Origin: an uncultured Spirochaetota bacterium
GTDB taxonomy: Bacteria > Spirochaetota > Spirochaetia > SZUA-6 > Fen-1364
Reading direction: 5' to 3'
DNA length: 64,000 nucleotides
NCBI GenBank assembly: GCA_963745235.1
Contig: CAVUXE010000052.1
Location: 192,001 to 256,000, forward strand
The position numbers were made by a program, and so were the translations under genes. Positions 46,144 through 57,385 of the stretch are shown in pieces (position 1 is the stretch's first letter; each line of letters starts with the position of its first letter). Below the pieces are notes generated by a model. The model made no database searches. It saw nothing but the letters and a program-made list of their open reading frames with translations, and had not been told where the DNA came from.

Positions 46144-46692
46144 GCCAGCTCCTCCACGAGGATCTCGTCGTTGGTATAGATGCAGATCCCCGCCGCGATG
46201 CGCAGGGACTTCTCCGCGATCTCGCGCGCCCCGAGCTTCGAGGCGTCGAGGTACGCGCGCGCCGCCGCGTAGGCGATAGCTGCCGCCGGAGCCGATGGCA
46301 ATGACCCCTTCGTCCGGCTCGATCACGTCGCCGGTGCCGGAGATGAGGAACGTGGCCTTCTTGTCCGCCACGAGGAGCAGCGCCTCCAGGCGCCGAAGGA
46401 TCCTGTCCGTGCGCCAGTCCTTTGCCAGCTCCACCGCCGCGCGCGTGATGTCCCCGCCGTACTCCTTCACCTTGCCCTCGAAGCGCTCGAACAGGGTGAA
46501 GGCGTCCGCCGTGGCTCCGGCGAAGCCGACGAGGATCTTCCCGTCGTAGATCTTCCTGATCTTGCGCGCGTTCGACTTCATCACCGTGGCGCCCATGGTG
46601 ACCTGGCCGTCGCCGGCCATGGCGACGGCGCCTCCTGCGCACGGCGATGACCGTGGTCCCGTGAAACGTATCTGCCCTCTCTCAGTTGGCAT
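46140..46692 (-). CDS. hslV: HslV protease subunit, frameshifted
   Basis: [33 protein letters not shown]. Confidence 0.9.
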
Positions 46693-47589
46693 GGGGATGC
46701 GCCCTCCTGTAGACTTTTTTCAGCTTTTCCAGCCCGACGTGCGTGTACACCTGCGTGGTGGAAAGGCTGGCGTGGCCGAGCAGCTCCTGCACGGCCCTGA
46801 TGTCGGCGCCCCTGTCCAGCAGGTGCGTGGCAAAGGAATGGCGGAACGTGTGCGGGGTCACGCGCTTGCCGAGGTTTGCCCGGGAAAGGTATTCGCCGAG
46901 GATGAACCTCACTCCCCGGTCGGTGATCCGCCCGCCCCGCTGGTTGATGAAGAGCTGCCCGGACGGCATCCGGGGCGGCGCCGGAGAAGGGCGCATGTGA
47001 CGAACGGCACGTCATGTATGCCGCAGCGAAGACAGCGGCGGGGCCCCGAGGAACACGTTGCGCTCCTTGGAGCCTTTGCCCAGGACCCGGGCGCGTTGAG
47101 TTCTTCAGATCGACGTCCGCGAGGTCCAGGGAGACGAGCTCCGAGATGCGGCAGCCCGTGGAATACAGGGTCTCCAGGACCGCCCTGTCCCGCAGCTTCC
47201 AGAACGATCCTCTCCCGCGCAGGAGGTCTGGGCGGCATCTCGATCAGCCGCGCCATCTCTTCTTCGAAGAGGAACGAGGGAGGCGCTTCTCCGTGCGCAG
47301 GCTGCGGATTTCGGCGAAGGGATTGGCGCCTATCTGCCCGCGGCGCTCCATGTAGCGATACCATCCGCGGACCCCGGACACCATCCTGTTGACCGACCGG
47401 GGGGAAAGCCCGTCCCGGGTGAGCCAGCCCACGAATCCGCGCGCATCCGCGAGTCCCGCCTCTCCGGGGATCGACCGCCCGCTCCTCGAGGAATGCCTCG
47501 TACTTCTGCAGGTCCTTCCCGTAGGACTCCAGCGTGTGAGCGGAGAGGTTGCGTACCGAGCGGAGGTAGGACAGGTAGTCTTCACGCAC
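46682..47589 (-). CDS. xerC: XerC-like tyrosine recombinase, with several frameshifts
   Basis: [11 protein letters not shown]; [31 protein letters not shown]. Confidence 0.85.
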
Positions 47590-49732
47590 TCTGGTCGTCC
47601 GCCTCTTTCGTGTGCAGGTAGTCGCAGGCGGGATTGATGCAGGACTTGTACGTCCCCCGCTGCCTGTCTTCCTTCTCCACCAGGAACCAGCCGCACTTCG
47701 GGCACTTGGAGTCCGTGGGCTTGAAGTACGTCACGAAGTCGCACGCGGGATAGTTGGTGCACCCGTAGAACTCCCGCCCCCTGCCGCGCTTGCGCTTGCG
47801 CGCCACGATCTGTCCGCCGCAGTCGCGGCGCGGGCAGGTGGCCAGGGGGACCGGCTTGGTGTTCTTGCACTCGGGGAATCCCGTGCAGGCAAGGAAGAAT
47901 CCGTACCGGCCGAGCTTCTTCACCATGGGCCTGCCGCACACGTCGCAGACCACGTCGGTCTTCTCGTCCATCACGCCCTTGACGGACTCCAGCGTTTCCT
48001 GGACGGAAGCCACCTTGCCTTGGAAGGGCCCGTAGAACTCCCGGATCATCGACTGCCAGTCGGTCTTGCCTTCCTCCACCTCGTCCAGCCTCAGCTCCAT
48101 GGCCGCGGTGAAGTTCGGGTCCAGAAGCTCGGGAAAGGACTTGCTCAGCATGTCGTTGATGATCTTGCCCAGGACGGTCGGGATGAGCTGCCGGGACTTG
48201 CGCACCACGTAGTAGCGGTCCAGCAGCACGGAGATGATGGGAGCATAGGTGGACGGCCTTCCGATGCCCTTTTCTTCCAGGGTCTTCACGATGGTGGCAT
48301 CCGTGTACCGCGGAGGCCCCATGGTGAAATGCTGCTCGGGATGGAACTTGATGAGCTCCAGGGGTTCCCCGACCTCCATGACCGGGAGGGCCTTTGTCTG
48401 CTCCTTGGACGCGAGCAGGGAGAGCGCGTTCTGGAAGCCTTTCTCCACCACGCGTGTGCTGGAGGCCCGGAAAACGCGTTTCCCCTGCCTGGAAGTCCAC
48501 GGTCGTGGTGCTGGCCTTGGAGGGATTCATCTGGGAGGAGACGAACCGCTCCCAGATGATCGAGTACAGGCGGAACTCCTCCGAGGTCAGGATGCTTCTT
48601 CAGCTCGGCCGGCGTGCGTGTGACGTAGGTGGGCCGGATGGCTTCATGCGCGTCCTGCGCTCCTTTGCCCGTGTGCATACACGACGGGAGCCTCAGGAAG
48701 GTCTCCGGGGAACTCTTTGGCGATGTACTCCCGCACCTCTGCCAGCGCGCTTTCCGCGATCCGCGTCGAATCCGTTCTCATGTACGTGATGAGCCCCAGC
48801 CTCTGGGAGCCGACGTTGACCCCCTCATAGAGGCCCTGCGCGATCTGCATTGTCTTGCGGGCGGTGAAACCGAACCTGTTCGCGGCAGTCTGCTGGAGCG
48901 TTGACGTCGTGAAAGGGGGACGCGGGCGTGTCGCCTTCTCGGTCACTTTGACGTCAGAGACGACAAAGGAGGCTCCTTTCAGCGAGTCCACGACGGCCAT
49001 GGTGGATGCCTCGTCCGTGATGGACGGCTTCTCGCCGCGGATGGCGACCAGCGCGGCCCGAAACACCTGTCGGGCGCTTGCGCCCTTGCGCAGCTCCGCC
49101 TCCAGGCTCCAGTACTCTTCCGGGAGGAAGGCTTCTATCTCCGCTTCCCGCTCGCAGATCAGGCGCAGGGCAACCGACTGGACCCTCCCCGCCGAGAGAC
49201 CGTTCTTGACTTTCTTCCACAGGAGAGGGGAAAGAGAGTAGCCGACGATCCTGTCCAGCACGCGCCGCGCCTTTTGCGCGTTGACCTTCGACATGTCGAT
49301 GGTGCCGGGGTGCGCCACCGCGTCCCGGATTGCCTTGGGCGTTATCTCGTTGAAGGTGATGCGCTGGATATCGGGAGCAGGGCGGCCGTTCTGCAGCACA
49401 TTCCTGAGATGGAAGGAGATGGCCTCCCCTTCCCTGTCATTATCAGATGCAAGGAGGATGGCGTCCGCCTTCTTTGCCTTCTGCTTCAGCTCCTTGAGGA
49501 TCTTGGCCTTGCCGCGAACGGTGATGTATTCGGGCTCGAAGGACTTTTCCACATCGATTGCAAGTCGAGACTTCGGCAGGTCTATCAGGTGCCCCATGGA
49601 CGCAGCCACCGTGTAGCCTTTGCCGAGGTACTTCTCTATGGTCTTCCCTTTCGCCGGTGATTCGACGATCATGAGCACCTGTTTTGTGTGTCTCGTTGCG
49701 GCGCGCCGCGCCTTCGGTTCTTTCGCCATCAT
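47582..49732 (-). CDS. topA: DNA topoisomerase I, frameshifted within 48460-48680
   Basis: IVESPAK, DNDREGE, SAGRVQS, LITYMRTDS, GIGRPSTY, C-terminal Zn ribbons. Confidence 0.93.
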
Positions 49733-50784
49733 GTTCTCCAGTAGGTTTCCCCGGCCTTCGTGGCGCAGGTACCTTCCATTTCTTCTTTCATAATCCGTGC
49801 AAGCCTTTCACCCGTTGATTCCCCGGGCCTCGGGCCATGTCCCGGGGCCTCCCGGTAGGGACGCCCCCAGTGCCGCAGCAGCTCAAGCGCCCCGTCCACG
49901 ACGGGCGCCCCAGCGTCGGCAAGCAAGCGCGTGCCGGCCCCGGCGCTGCCCGAGAGTCCGGCTGAGTGAACGCACAACTCGATTCCCTGCTCAAGAGCAT
50001 ACTCCGCGGTGATCAGCGCCCCTGAGCGCTCCGGCGCCTGGACCACCACCACGGCCTTGGAGAGCCCGCTGATGATCCTGTTGCGCGCCGGGAAATGGAA
50101 CCGCAGAGGAGGCGTGCCGGGAGGGTACTCGCTCAGGATTGCCCCTCCGGCCTGCAGGAGAGCTCGCCCGGCGGCCTCGCTGGATTCGGGGTAGACCCGG
50201 TCGATGCCGCTTCCCAGAACGGCAATCGAATAGCCGCCCGCCGCCACACACCCCTCATGCGCCTCCCTGTCGACCCCCTTTGCGAGCCCCGAGACCACCC
50301 CCACCCCCTGGCAGGCCAGCTCGAACCCGAGCCGGAAGGCCGCCTTGCGCGCTCCGCCCGTGGGAAAACGCGTCCCGACAATTCCAGCGAGCAAATGTCC
50401 GTTTTCAGGTAGCGTTCCGCGATAGAAGAGCGTTACGGGCGGATCGAAGATCTCGCGGAGCTGCGGCGGGTACGTCGAGTCCCAGTAGAAGATGCATCCC
50501 AACACGCCTGGGGTCAAGAGCTTTTCCGTCCGGCATGCTTCATCCAGGATTGCCGCGGGATCCCATAGACGCGTCCTCAGTCGACGCCCCAGGAGCGAGC
50601 AAAAGTCAGAACGCGTCAGATCGAAAAGACGGTGCGGAGCACCGAGCATTTCAATGAGGGCCATCTTTTCTCTTGGCGTAAGAAAATCGACGTGGCTGAG
50701 GCCAATCAGGGGAAGCCGCTCTCTTTCGTCCATGCATGAAGTCAATGGCTGAAACGTCAAAGCCGATTTCGTGGCCGATTTCAT
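49729..50784 (-). CDS. dprA: DNA processing protein DprA/Smf; alternative start 50733
   Basis: IVGTR, VSGLAKGVD, FPARNRIISG, SGALITA. Confidence 0.92.
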   Translation of the reverse strand: MKSATKSALTFQPLTSCMDERERLPLIGLSHVDFLTPREKMALIEMLGAPHRLFDLTRSDFCSLLGRRLRTRLWDPAAILDEACRTEKLLTPGVLGCIFYWDSTYPPQLREIFDPPVTLFYRGTLPENGHLLAGIVGTRFPTGGARKAAFRLGFELACQGVGVVSGLAKGVDREAHEGCVAAGGYSIAVLGSGIDRVYPESSEAAGRALLQAGGAILSEYPPGTPPLRFHFPARNRIISGLSKAVVVVQAPERSGALITAEYALEQGIELCVHSAGLSGSAGAGTRLLADAGAPVVDGALELLRHWGRPYREAPGHGPRPGESTGERLARIMKEEMEGTCATKAGETYWRT

Positions 50785-51782
50785 GAGGACTTCCCACCTT
50801 TCGGCGGGTCGCCGCCAACCCCTGACACCCCCTGTTGGGCAGCCTTCGGCCGTCCGGCCTCGACGTGATGGGCGACCTCCGGTTGCTCAGCACCCCGCGG
50901 ATGAAACTCCCTGTGCGTCTGCCGAAGGACCTCCTGGCTCACGTGGGTATAGATCTGCGTGGTGCCGATGTCCGCGTGGCCAAGGAGCTCCTGCACGGAC
51001 CTGAGGTCGGCTCCCCCCTGCAGGAGGTGCGTCGCAAAGGAATGACGCAGCGCATGCACCTTCGATGTCGTAATGCCCGCGCGAGCGGCGGTCCGCATGA
51101 ACGTCTTCCACACCGTCTTGCGCGACAGTTTGCGGCCGGCGCGGCCAAGGAAGAGCCAGTCAACAGCGGGCCCCTTGCGAAGCAAGGACGGGCGGACGGA
51201 AGAAAGATAGACCGCAAGCTCCTGCTTCGCGCGCTCCCCCAGGGGGACCAGACGCTCCCGCGAGCCCTTTCCCATGACCCGGACCACTTTCTCCGCCAGT
51301 GACACCCGGCCAATTGTGAGCTCAATTGCCTCGCTCACGCGAAGACCGCAGGAGTAGATCAGCTCGAAAAGAGCCTTGTCCCTCCGGCCCAGCGGCGTGC
51401 CCACGGGGCAGGCATCCAGCAGCCTGTCCACTTCCTCCGGCTGCAGAAACCGTGGGATGCGCATTGTCACGTGGGTACTATCCAGCAGACGAGCCGGATT
51501 TCCCTTGCTCTTTCCATCCAGAACAAGGAATCGGAAAAACGAGCGGATTGCAGAGGAGCCCTTGGCGATGGTCCGGGGATCCACGCCGTCGACCTGCCTT
51601 CGCGTAATGTAGTCAGTCACGTCGTTCAGCGTTGCTTCCTCAGCTCCGCGGCCGTTTGCCCCTAGAAACTCGAGGAACTGGCGGATCTCGGCGGCATACG
51701 TGGACACCGTCAACGGGGACAGGCCCCTTTCCGCGGTGAGATATTCCGCGAACTGGGCGGTCACTACCGTAGCCCTGCTCAT
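50781..51782 (-). CDS. xerD: XerD-like tyrosine recombinase
   Basis: [41 protein letters not shown]. Confidence 0.9.
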   Translation of the reverse strand: MSRATVVTAQFAEYLTAERGLSPLTVSTYAAEIRQFLEFLGANGRGAEEATLNDVTDYITRRQVDGVDPRTIAKGSSAIRSFFRFLVLDGKSKGNPARLLDSTHVTMRIPRFLQPEEVDRLLDACPVGTPLGRRDKALFELIYSCGLRVSEAIELTIGRVSLAEKVVRVMGKGSRERLVPLGERAKQELAVYLSSVRPSLLRKGPAVDWLFLGRAGRKLSRKTVWKTFMRTAARAGITTSKVHALRHSFATHLLQGGADLRSVQELLGHADIGTTQIYTHVSQEVLRQTHREFHPRGAEQPEVAHHVEAGRPKAAQQGVSGVGGDPPKGGKSS

Positions 51783-51792
51783 CGGAGGTCCT

Positions 51793-52946
51793 TCATTCCT
51801 TCTGGCCCGCCACGCGCTTCTCCCGAAGAACCGTGGGCACGCTCAGGTCGGCTTCCCGCGAGTTCCTGCCAAGGAGAAAGTCCTCTGCATGCGGGCGGTG
51901 CGTCGACTTTCCCATAGATGCCCACTCTTCGTAGGGGATCATTTCCCCCTCCTGGCGCTCGGGCTCGGGGGCGCGCTGGGGTTTTTCTGGCGTGAAACCG
52001 GTCGCAATCACGGTGACGCGGATGCGGTCGTTCATGGACTCCACGATGGAGGTCCCGGAGATGATCAGCGCATCATCATCAGCGTTCGCGGTGATGATCT
52101 TGAGCACTTCCTCGTACTCGGAAAGGCTGAAATCGAATCCCCCGGTGACGTTCACAAGGATCCCCTTGGCGCCTTCCACCCGCGCATCCTCCAGGAGCGG
52201 ATTGCTGATGGCGTTGGTGGCGGCATCCGTGGCGCGGTTGTCTCCGGTGCCGATGCCGATGCCCATGAGAGCATCCCCCTTGCCTTTCATGATGGTGCGC
52301 ACATCCGCAAAATCAATGTTGATCTCTCCCGGCTCGGTGATCAGGTCCGAGATCCCCTGCACGCCCTGGCGCAGAACTTCGTCAGCCATGAAGAACGCCT
52401 CCCTGATGGGAGTCCGCTTTTCAGCGATCTTCAGGAGATGCTGGTTGGGAATGGTGATGAGAGTATCGACTTCCTGGCGGAGCTTCCCGATTCCCTCCTC
52501 CGCCAGCTGCATCTTGCGCTTGCCTTCAAAATCGAACGGCTTGGTCACCACGGCCACGGTGAGGGCGCCGATCTGGCGGGCAACTTTTGCGACAATCGGG
52601 GCAGCACCGGTGCCGGTCCGCCCCCCATTCCGGCGGTGATGAAGACCATGTCGGAGCCCTTCAGCAGCGCCTGGAGCCTCTCCTCGTCTTCCAGAGCGGC
52701 CTTTTCACCGATCTCCGGAATCCCCCCCGCGCCGAGGCCGCCGGTGAGCTTTGTTCCAATAGCCAGCCTCGTCTCAGCGTTGGAGCTGTGCAGCGCCTGC
52801 TGATCGGTGTTGACCGCCACGAACGACACGTTCTTCAACCCCATGGCGATCATGCGGTTGACGGCATTGCTGCCGCCGCCGCCCACCCCGACGACTCTTA
52901 TGATTGTCGGGCTGACTCCCTTCGTGTCGAAAAGCTCGATGTTCAT
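51793..52946 (-). CDS. ftsZ: FtsZ, frameshifted near 52618 inside the GGGTGTG motif
   Basis: [27 protein letters not shown]; [18 protein letters not shown] in the next frame. Confidence 0.93.
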
Positions 52947-52958
52947 GTCCCCCTCCCG

Positions 52959-53111
52959 TAGACATGGATGTCTGAGCCGCGCCGTGCACAGGGACGTGCG
53001 TAAGGCGCGGCCCAGACACGGACGTCGGAGCCGCGCCGAGCCTCCCACGGTGCGGCGTACTCGCCGAACGGGCACTCCCGCCCACCGTGGGACTGCCGAA
53101 GGCGCGGCAGT
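52959..53111. repeat. Nested palindromic intergenic element between ftsA and ftsZ
   Basis: Hairpins AGAC-ATGGAT-GTCT, GCAC-AGGGAC-GTGC, GAC-ACGGAC-GTC; two GCCGCGCC...GGCGCGGC stems; TCCCACGGTG/CACCGTGGGA. Confidence 0.8.
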
Positions 53112-53124
53112 GCCTGCTATTTCA

Positions 53125-54360
53125 TCAGAAAAAATCCTTGAACCATGACCTCATCCGCTCCCATACACTTGTGAACGTGCTCTCACTGGAGCTGGTGTCA
53201 AAGCCCTCGCTCCCCTCCCGTGATGCTCCGAACAGTACCAGGCCCACGCCGGTGGCGAACATCGGATCACAGTATTCCTCCACCAGCCCGCCAACCTTGA
53301 CAGGGTAGCCGACCCGGGCGGGAAGCCCGAAAATTTCGGAGGCCAGCTCTGCGGTGCCGGCCAGAAGCGAGCCGCCCCCCGTGAGCACCACGCCGCCGCC
53401 CAGCAGGTGCAGGTACCCTTTCTTCTCGATCTGCTCTTTGACCATCCCCAGGATCTCCGCCATTCGCGGCTGGATGATGTCAGCCATTGCGCGCCGCCCC
53501 ACCTTCCGGGGAGGCCTTCCGCCTACGCCCGGAATGACGACCTCTGAATCCTCCATGATGGCAGGCGCGTAGCAGCAGCCGTGCTCCTTCTTGACCTTCT
53601 CCGCGACCTCCAGCGGCGTTTTGAGCATGATGGACAGGTCGCTCGTCACCTGCTCTCCGCCGATGGAAAGCACCTCGGTATGGTAGGGCGCGCCTTCCAG
53701 GTGGACCAGGACGTCCGTTGTGCCGCCGCCCAGGTCGATCAGGAGAACACCCAGCTCCCTCTCATCAGCGGTGAGCACGGCCTTCGAGGAGGCAAGCGGC
53801 TCCAGGACGATGTCGTTGACCTTGAAGCCGGCCCTGTTGACGCATTTCACGATGTTCTGCGCGGAGGTGACAGCCCCTGTAATGATGTGCGCTTCCGCCT
53901 CGAGGCGAACGCCGACCATCCCGACCGGGTTCTTTATCCCGCCCTGTTGATCGACAATGAACTCCTGCGGGATCACGTGCAGAACCTCTCGGTCCATGGG
54001 GATGACGATGGCTTTTGCCGCGTCTATGACGCGGTCCACGTCTTCCTTGGCAATCTCCCTGTCCTTGCCCGTCACGGCAACCACCCCGCGGGAATTGATC
54101 CCCTCGATGTGGCCGCCGGCAACGCCAGTGTAGACGCCGTGCACCTCGCGGCCGGACATGAGCTCCGCGGACTCCACGGCGTTCTGAATGGACTTGACAG
54201 TCGACTCGATGTTGATCACCACGCCGCGGCGCAGGCCGCGCGACGGGGTGGTGCCGACGCCGATGATCTCCAGCTGTCCGGTTTCATTGAACTCGCCGAT
54301 GATGGCACACACCTTGGTCGTGCCGATGTCCAGTCCGACGATGAGCTCCTCGGATGCCAC
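53125..54360 (-). CDS. ftsA: FtsA
   Basis: [29 protein letters not shown]-terminal amphipathic WFKDFF. Confidence 0.96.
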   Translation of the reverse strand: MASEELIVGLDIGTTKVCAIIGEFNETGQLEIIGVGTTPSRGLRRGVVINIESTVKSIQNAVESAELMSGREVHGVYTGVAGGHIEGINSRGVVAVTGKDREIAKEDVDRVIDAAKAIVIPMDREVLHVIPQEFIVDQQGGIKNPVGMVGVRLEAEAHIITGAVTSAQNIVKCVNRAGFKVNDIVLEPLASSKAVLTADERELGVLLIDLGGGTTDVLVHLEGAPYHTEVLSIGGEQVTSDLSIMLKTPLEVAEKVKKEHGCCYAPAIMEDSEVVIPGVGGRPPRKVGRRAMADIIQPRMAEILGMVKEQIEKKGYLHLLGGGVVLTGGGSLLAGTAELASEIFGLPARVGYPVKVGGLVEEYCDPMFATGVGLVLFGASREGSEGFDTSSSESTFTSVWERMRSWFKDFF

Positions 54361-54365
54361 CGCCT

Positions 54366-55205
54366 CTACCCCTCCTTCATCCTGTACACAACCTCGCCGC
54401 TCCTGAAATCGAGCTCCTGAATATTCTTTAAAACGCCCTGGTTAGACAAGAGGTCCAGGACCATGAGGGAATATCGGAGAAGGCTTTCATCGATGGTGTT
54501 CGGTGCAAGCACGGGCACCGGCGACGTGGTGAGGTAGATCAGGAGGTCATAGCTTCCCTCGGGAACACCAGGCCCGTGTGAGACAATCTTCACCTCGGAG
54601 AGCAGGCGCGTGAGAGACGGTGACTTTTCCCGAAGCTGCTTGAGCTGCGCGAAAAGAGGGGCGTATGCCGCGGAGAGCCGGCTGCCCAGGTAGGCGTCTC
54701 CCGCGGGAAGCCCCGAGACCACGGGGAGGTCCAGCTCAGCTCCTATGGAGCATACCTTGAACACCACCCCTTCCTCGTCCACGAGGACCGGCAGGCTCCG
54801 CCCGTCCACATCGGCAAGCACCAGGGCCACCGCCTGCCGGCCCCAGACGGTCATCCGAACAGTGTCAGGGAAAACCTTCTCCACCACCGCCCGCCGAATG
54901 AGCGGGTAGGCCTCGAGGCGTCTGCGTATGGTGTCCGTGTCGAGGGAGTGCCAGTACGCGGTCCCCTGCAGGCCGGAGATGGACAGCAGCTCGTCCTCCG
55001 AGAGCGAGACGTCACTCTGCAGCACGACATGCCGCACGGTGAGGAGAGGCAAGACGGCGTACCGGGCAAGGAGAAAGAGCGCACACGCCGCTGTCACGCA
55101 GAGAAGGATGGGCCGCGCCAGCCGCGCCGCGGCGGAAGGGACGTGGCGGGAATCTGAGGGGCGGCCGGCCGCAGCCCCGTCCCGCAGCGCATAGGCGTTA
55201 GACAC
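54366..55205 (-). CDS. ftsQ: FtsQ/DivIB
   Basis: TM + POTRA (KVFPDTV), C-terminal ELDFR; gene order. Confidence 0.85.
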   Translation of the reverse strand: MSNAYALRDGAAAGRPSDSRHVPSAAARLARPILLCVTAACALFLLARYAVLPLLTVRHVVLQSDVSLSEDELLSISGLQGTAYWHSLDTDTIRRRLEAYPLIRRAVVEKVFPDTVRMTVWGRQAVALVLADVDGRSLPVLVDEEGVVFKVCSIGAELDLPVVSGLPAGDAYLGSRLSAAYAPLFAQLKQLREKSPSLTRLLSEVKIVSHGPGVPEGSYDLLIYLTTSPVPVLAPNTIDESLLRYSLMVLDLLSNQGVLKNIQELDFRSGEVVYRMKEG

Positions 55206-56304
55206 TGGAGGTCCTCCGTGAAAGATTCACAAGCAATCCGCACATGACAAGCGTCACAAAAAGGGACGAGCCACCGGCGGAAAAGAAGGGAAGCGTAACG
55301 CCCGTGGTCGGCACGAGCCCCACGGCAACTGCCATGTTGAGCAGCGCCTGAAGAGAGATTGCGGCCGTAACACCGAATGCCACGTAGGAGGAGAAGCTGT
55401 CCCTCGCGCGCGCGCTGATCTGGAAACCACGCCACGCGAGAAGAGCAAACAGGATCAGCACGAAAAGGGCGCCCAGAAGGCCGGTTTCCTCTCCGATGAT
55501 GGTGTAGATGAAATCCGAGTGCGACATGGGAAGAGGGCCCAGCTTGGCAACACTGTGTCCGAGCCCCTTGCCCCAGAAACCGCCGCTTGCAAGCGCGGCC
55601 CTCGCGTTCACGATCTGGTAGCCGGGGCCGGATCGGTACGAAGAAAGGTCGAAGTAGGCAAGGAGACGCTGGACGCGGTGCTCCCGCGTGAAGAGCAGGA
55701 GAAAGCCGAGGGTGCCGGTGAAAAGCGTGACCAGCAGGAAATGCACGGTGCGGACCCTCGCCATGAAGAGCATGGAAAGCCCGGTGGCCACGACGAAAAT
55801 GGCCGTGGAGTAGTCGTTCTGCAACAGGATGATTGCCGCGAAGACGCATACCACGATGAACGGCGGGATCAACGTGTTGAGCGGCATGTCTTCCGATTCT
55901 TCGCGCCGGGCGAAATACGAGGCCAGGTAGAGAATGAGAGTCACTTTTACGATCTCGGAGGGCTGAAACGACATGCCGAAAACGGTGACCCATCTCCGTG
56001 ACCCGAGGACGCGCGTGCCAACGCTCGGCAGGAAGGGAAGAAGTGAAGCCAGCAGCGTTGCCAGGAGGATGAGCGGCAGGGCCCGGCGGAACACCTCAAT
56101 GGGAGTCACGGATACGATGAAGGCCGCAACTCCGCCCACCGCGGCCCAGATGAGCTGGCGTTTCACCAGGTAGAGAGGGTCCTGGAATGTCCGCGCGGAA
56201 AACGAATAAGACGCGGAGAAGAGCAGGGCCATCCCCACGCCGAGGATCGCAATCACGAGCATGACCAGAACGATGTCGCCGCGCTCCTTTTCAACCCGCT
56301 CCAT
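55198..56304 (-). CDS. ftsW: FtsW
   Basis: GSRRW, QPSEIVK, GKGLG, HSDFI, GEETG, LPFFSAGGSS. Confidence 0.93.
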   Translation of the reverse strand: MERVEKERGDIVLVMLVIAILGVGMALLFSASYSFSARTFQDPLYLVKRQLIWAAVGGVAAFIVSVTPIEVFRRALPLILLATLLASLLPFLPSVGTRVLGSRRWVTVFGMSFQPSEIVKVTLILYLASYFARREESEDMPLNTLIPPFIVVCVFAAIILLQNDYSTAIFVVATGLSMLFMARVRTVHFLLVTLFTGTLGFLLLFTREHRVQRLLAYFDLSSYRSGPGYQIVNARAALASGGFWGKGLGHSVAKLGPLPMSHSDFIYTIIGEETGLLGALFVLILFALLAWRGFQISARARDSFSSYVAFGVTAAISLQALLNMAVAVGLVPTTGVTLPFFSAGGSSLFVTLVMCGLLVNLSRRTSSV

Positions 56305-56311
56305 GACCTGC

Positions 56312-57385
56312 CTATTGAATCTTCAGGGTCGAGATGCCGAGGATTGCGAACAGGCCGCCCAGGATCCACAGCCTGGTCACGACCTTGCTCTCCGGCCACC
56401 CGCTGAGCTCGAAGTGATGATGCAGCGGCGCCATCTTGAACACGCGCCTGCCCGTCAGCTTGAAAGAGATGACCTGGATTGCCACCGACGCCGTCTCAAG
56501 GACGAAGACGCCGCCCAGGATGAGAATGAGGATCTCCTTTTTCAATATCAGGGCCACGACTCCCATGACCCCACCCAGGGAGAGAGCGCCGGTGTCTCCC
56601 ATCCACACGTCCGCCGGGTGCGCGTTGAACCAGAGAAATCCCACCGACGCGCCGGTGACAGCGAGACAGAAAACCGCCAGCTCCCCGGCGCCCTTGATGT
56701 AGGGGATCTGGAGGTAGGCGGCGAAGTCGGCGCGGCCCGTCACGTAGGAAAGGACGGCAAGCGCAAGGCCCACCATGATCACGAGCCCCGTGGCGAGGCC
56801 GTCCAGGCCGTCGGTGAGGTTCACGGCGTTGGAATATCCGACCATCAGGACCACCGCGAACGGAATGTAGAGCCAGGAAAGGTCGAGGACGGCACGTTTG
56901 AGAAACGGGATGTAGAGCAGCGTCGTGCTCTCGCCCCTCTGGACATAGAGGACCACGACGATGACCGCGGAGATCAGGAACTGTCCGCCGAACTTCACGC
57001 CCGCGCTGATCCCGCGCTTTCGGCGGGACATCTTGAGGAGGTCATCCGCGAAACCGATCGCCCCGAAGCCGATAGCCCCGAACAGGAGCACCCACGCGTA
57101 CACATTTGTCAGGTCCTGCCAAAGAAGAATCGACACGACAAACGAGAGGATGATCAGCACACCGCCCATGGTGGGAGTGCCCGCCTTGGCCTTGTGGGTC
57201 TGGGGAGTGTCTTCCCGAGCGGACCAGCTGGTCTTGATTGCGCGAAGTCTCGCAATGACCCAGGGCCCGAAGAGGAAGGAGATCAGGAGCGCGGTAATTG
57301 CTGCGTACGCGGCGCGGAAAGTAAGGTACTGGAAGATATTGAAGAAGGAGAAGTGACCGCGAAGCGCGAAAAGGAACTTAAGCAC
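56312..57385 (-). CDS. mraY: MraY
   Basis: TPTMGG, NAVNLTDGLDGL, MGDTG, MAPLHHHFE. Confidence 0.96.
   Translation of the reverse strand: MLKFLFALRGHFSFFNIFQYLTFRAAYAAITALLISFLFGPWVIARLRAIKTSWSAREDTPQTHKAKAGTPTMGGVLIILSFVVSILLWQDLTNVYAWVLLFGAIGFGAIGFADDLLKMSRRKRGISAGVKFGGQFLISAVIVVVLYVQRGESTTLLYIPFLKRAVLDLSWLYIPFAVVLMVGYSNAVNLTDGLDGLATGLVIMVGLALAVLSYVTGRADFAAYLQIPYIKGAGELAVFCLAVTGASVGFLWFNAHPADVWMGDTGALSLGGVMGVVALILKKEILILILGGVFVLETASVAIQVISFKLTGRRVFKMAPLHHHFELSGWPESKVVTRLWILGGLFAILGISTLKIQ

Noticed and set aside
46682-51782. Two tyrosine recombinases as the integrase of a mobile element
   Set aside because: XerC/XerD-type genes flanking dprA-topA in a conserved spirochaete context; no att sites or cargo genes seen
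52959-53111. Branched structure as a possible tRNA
   Set aside because: No TTC T-loop consensus or proper cloverleaf arm lengths; kept only as a palindromic element
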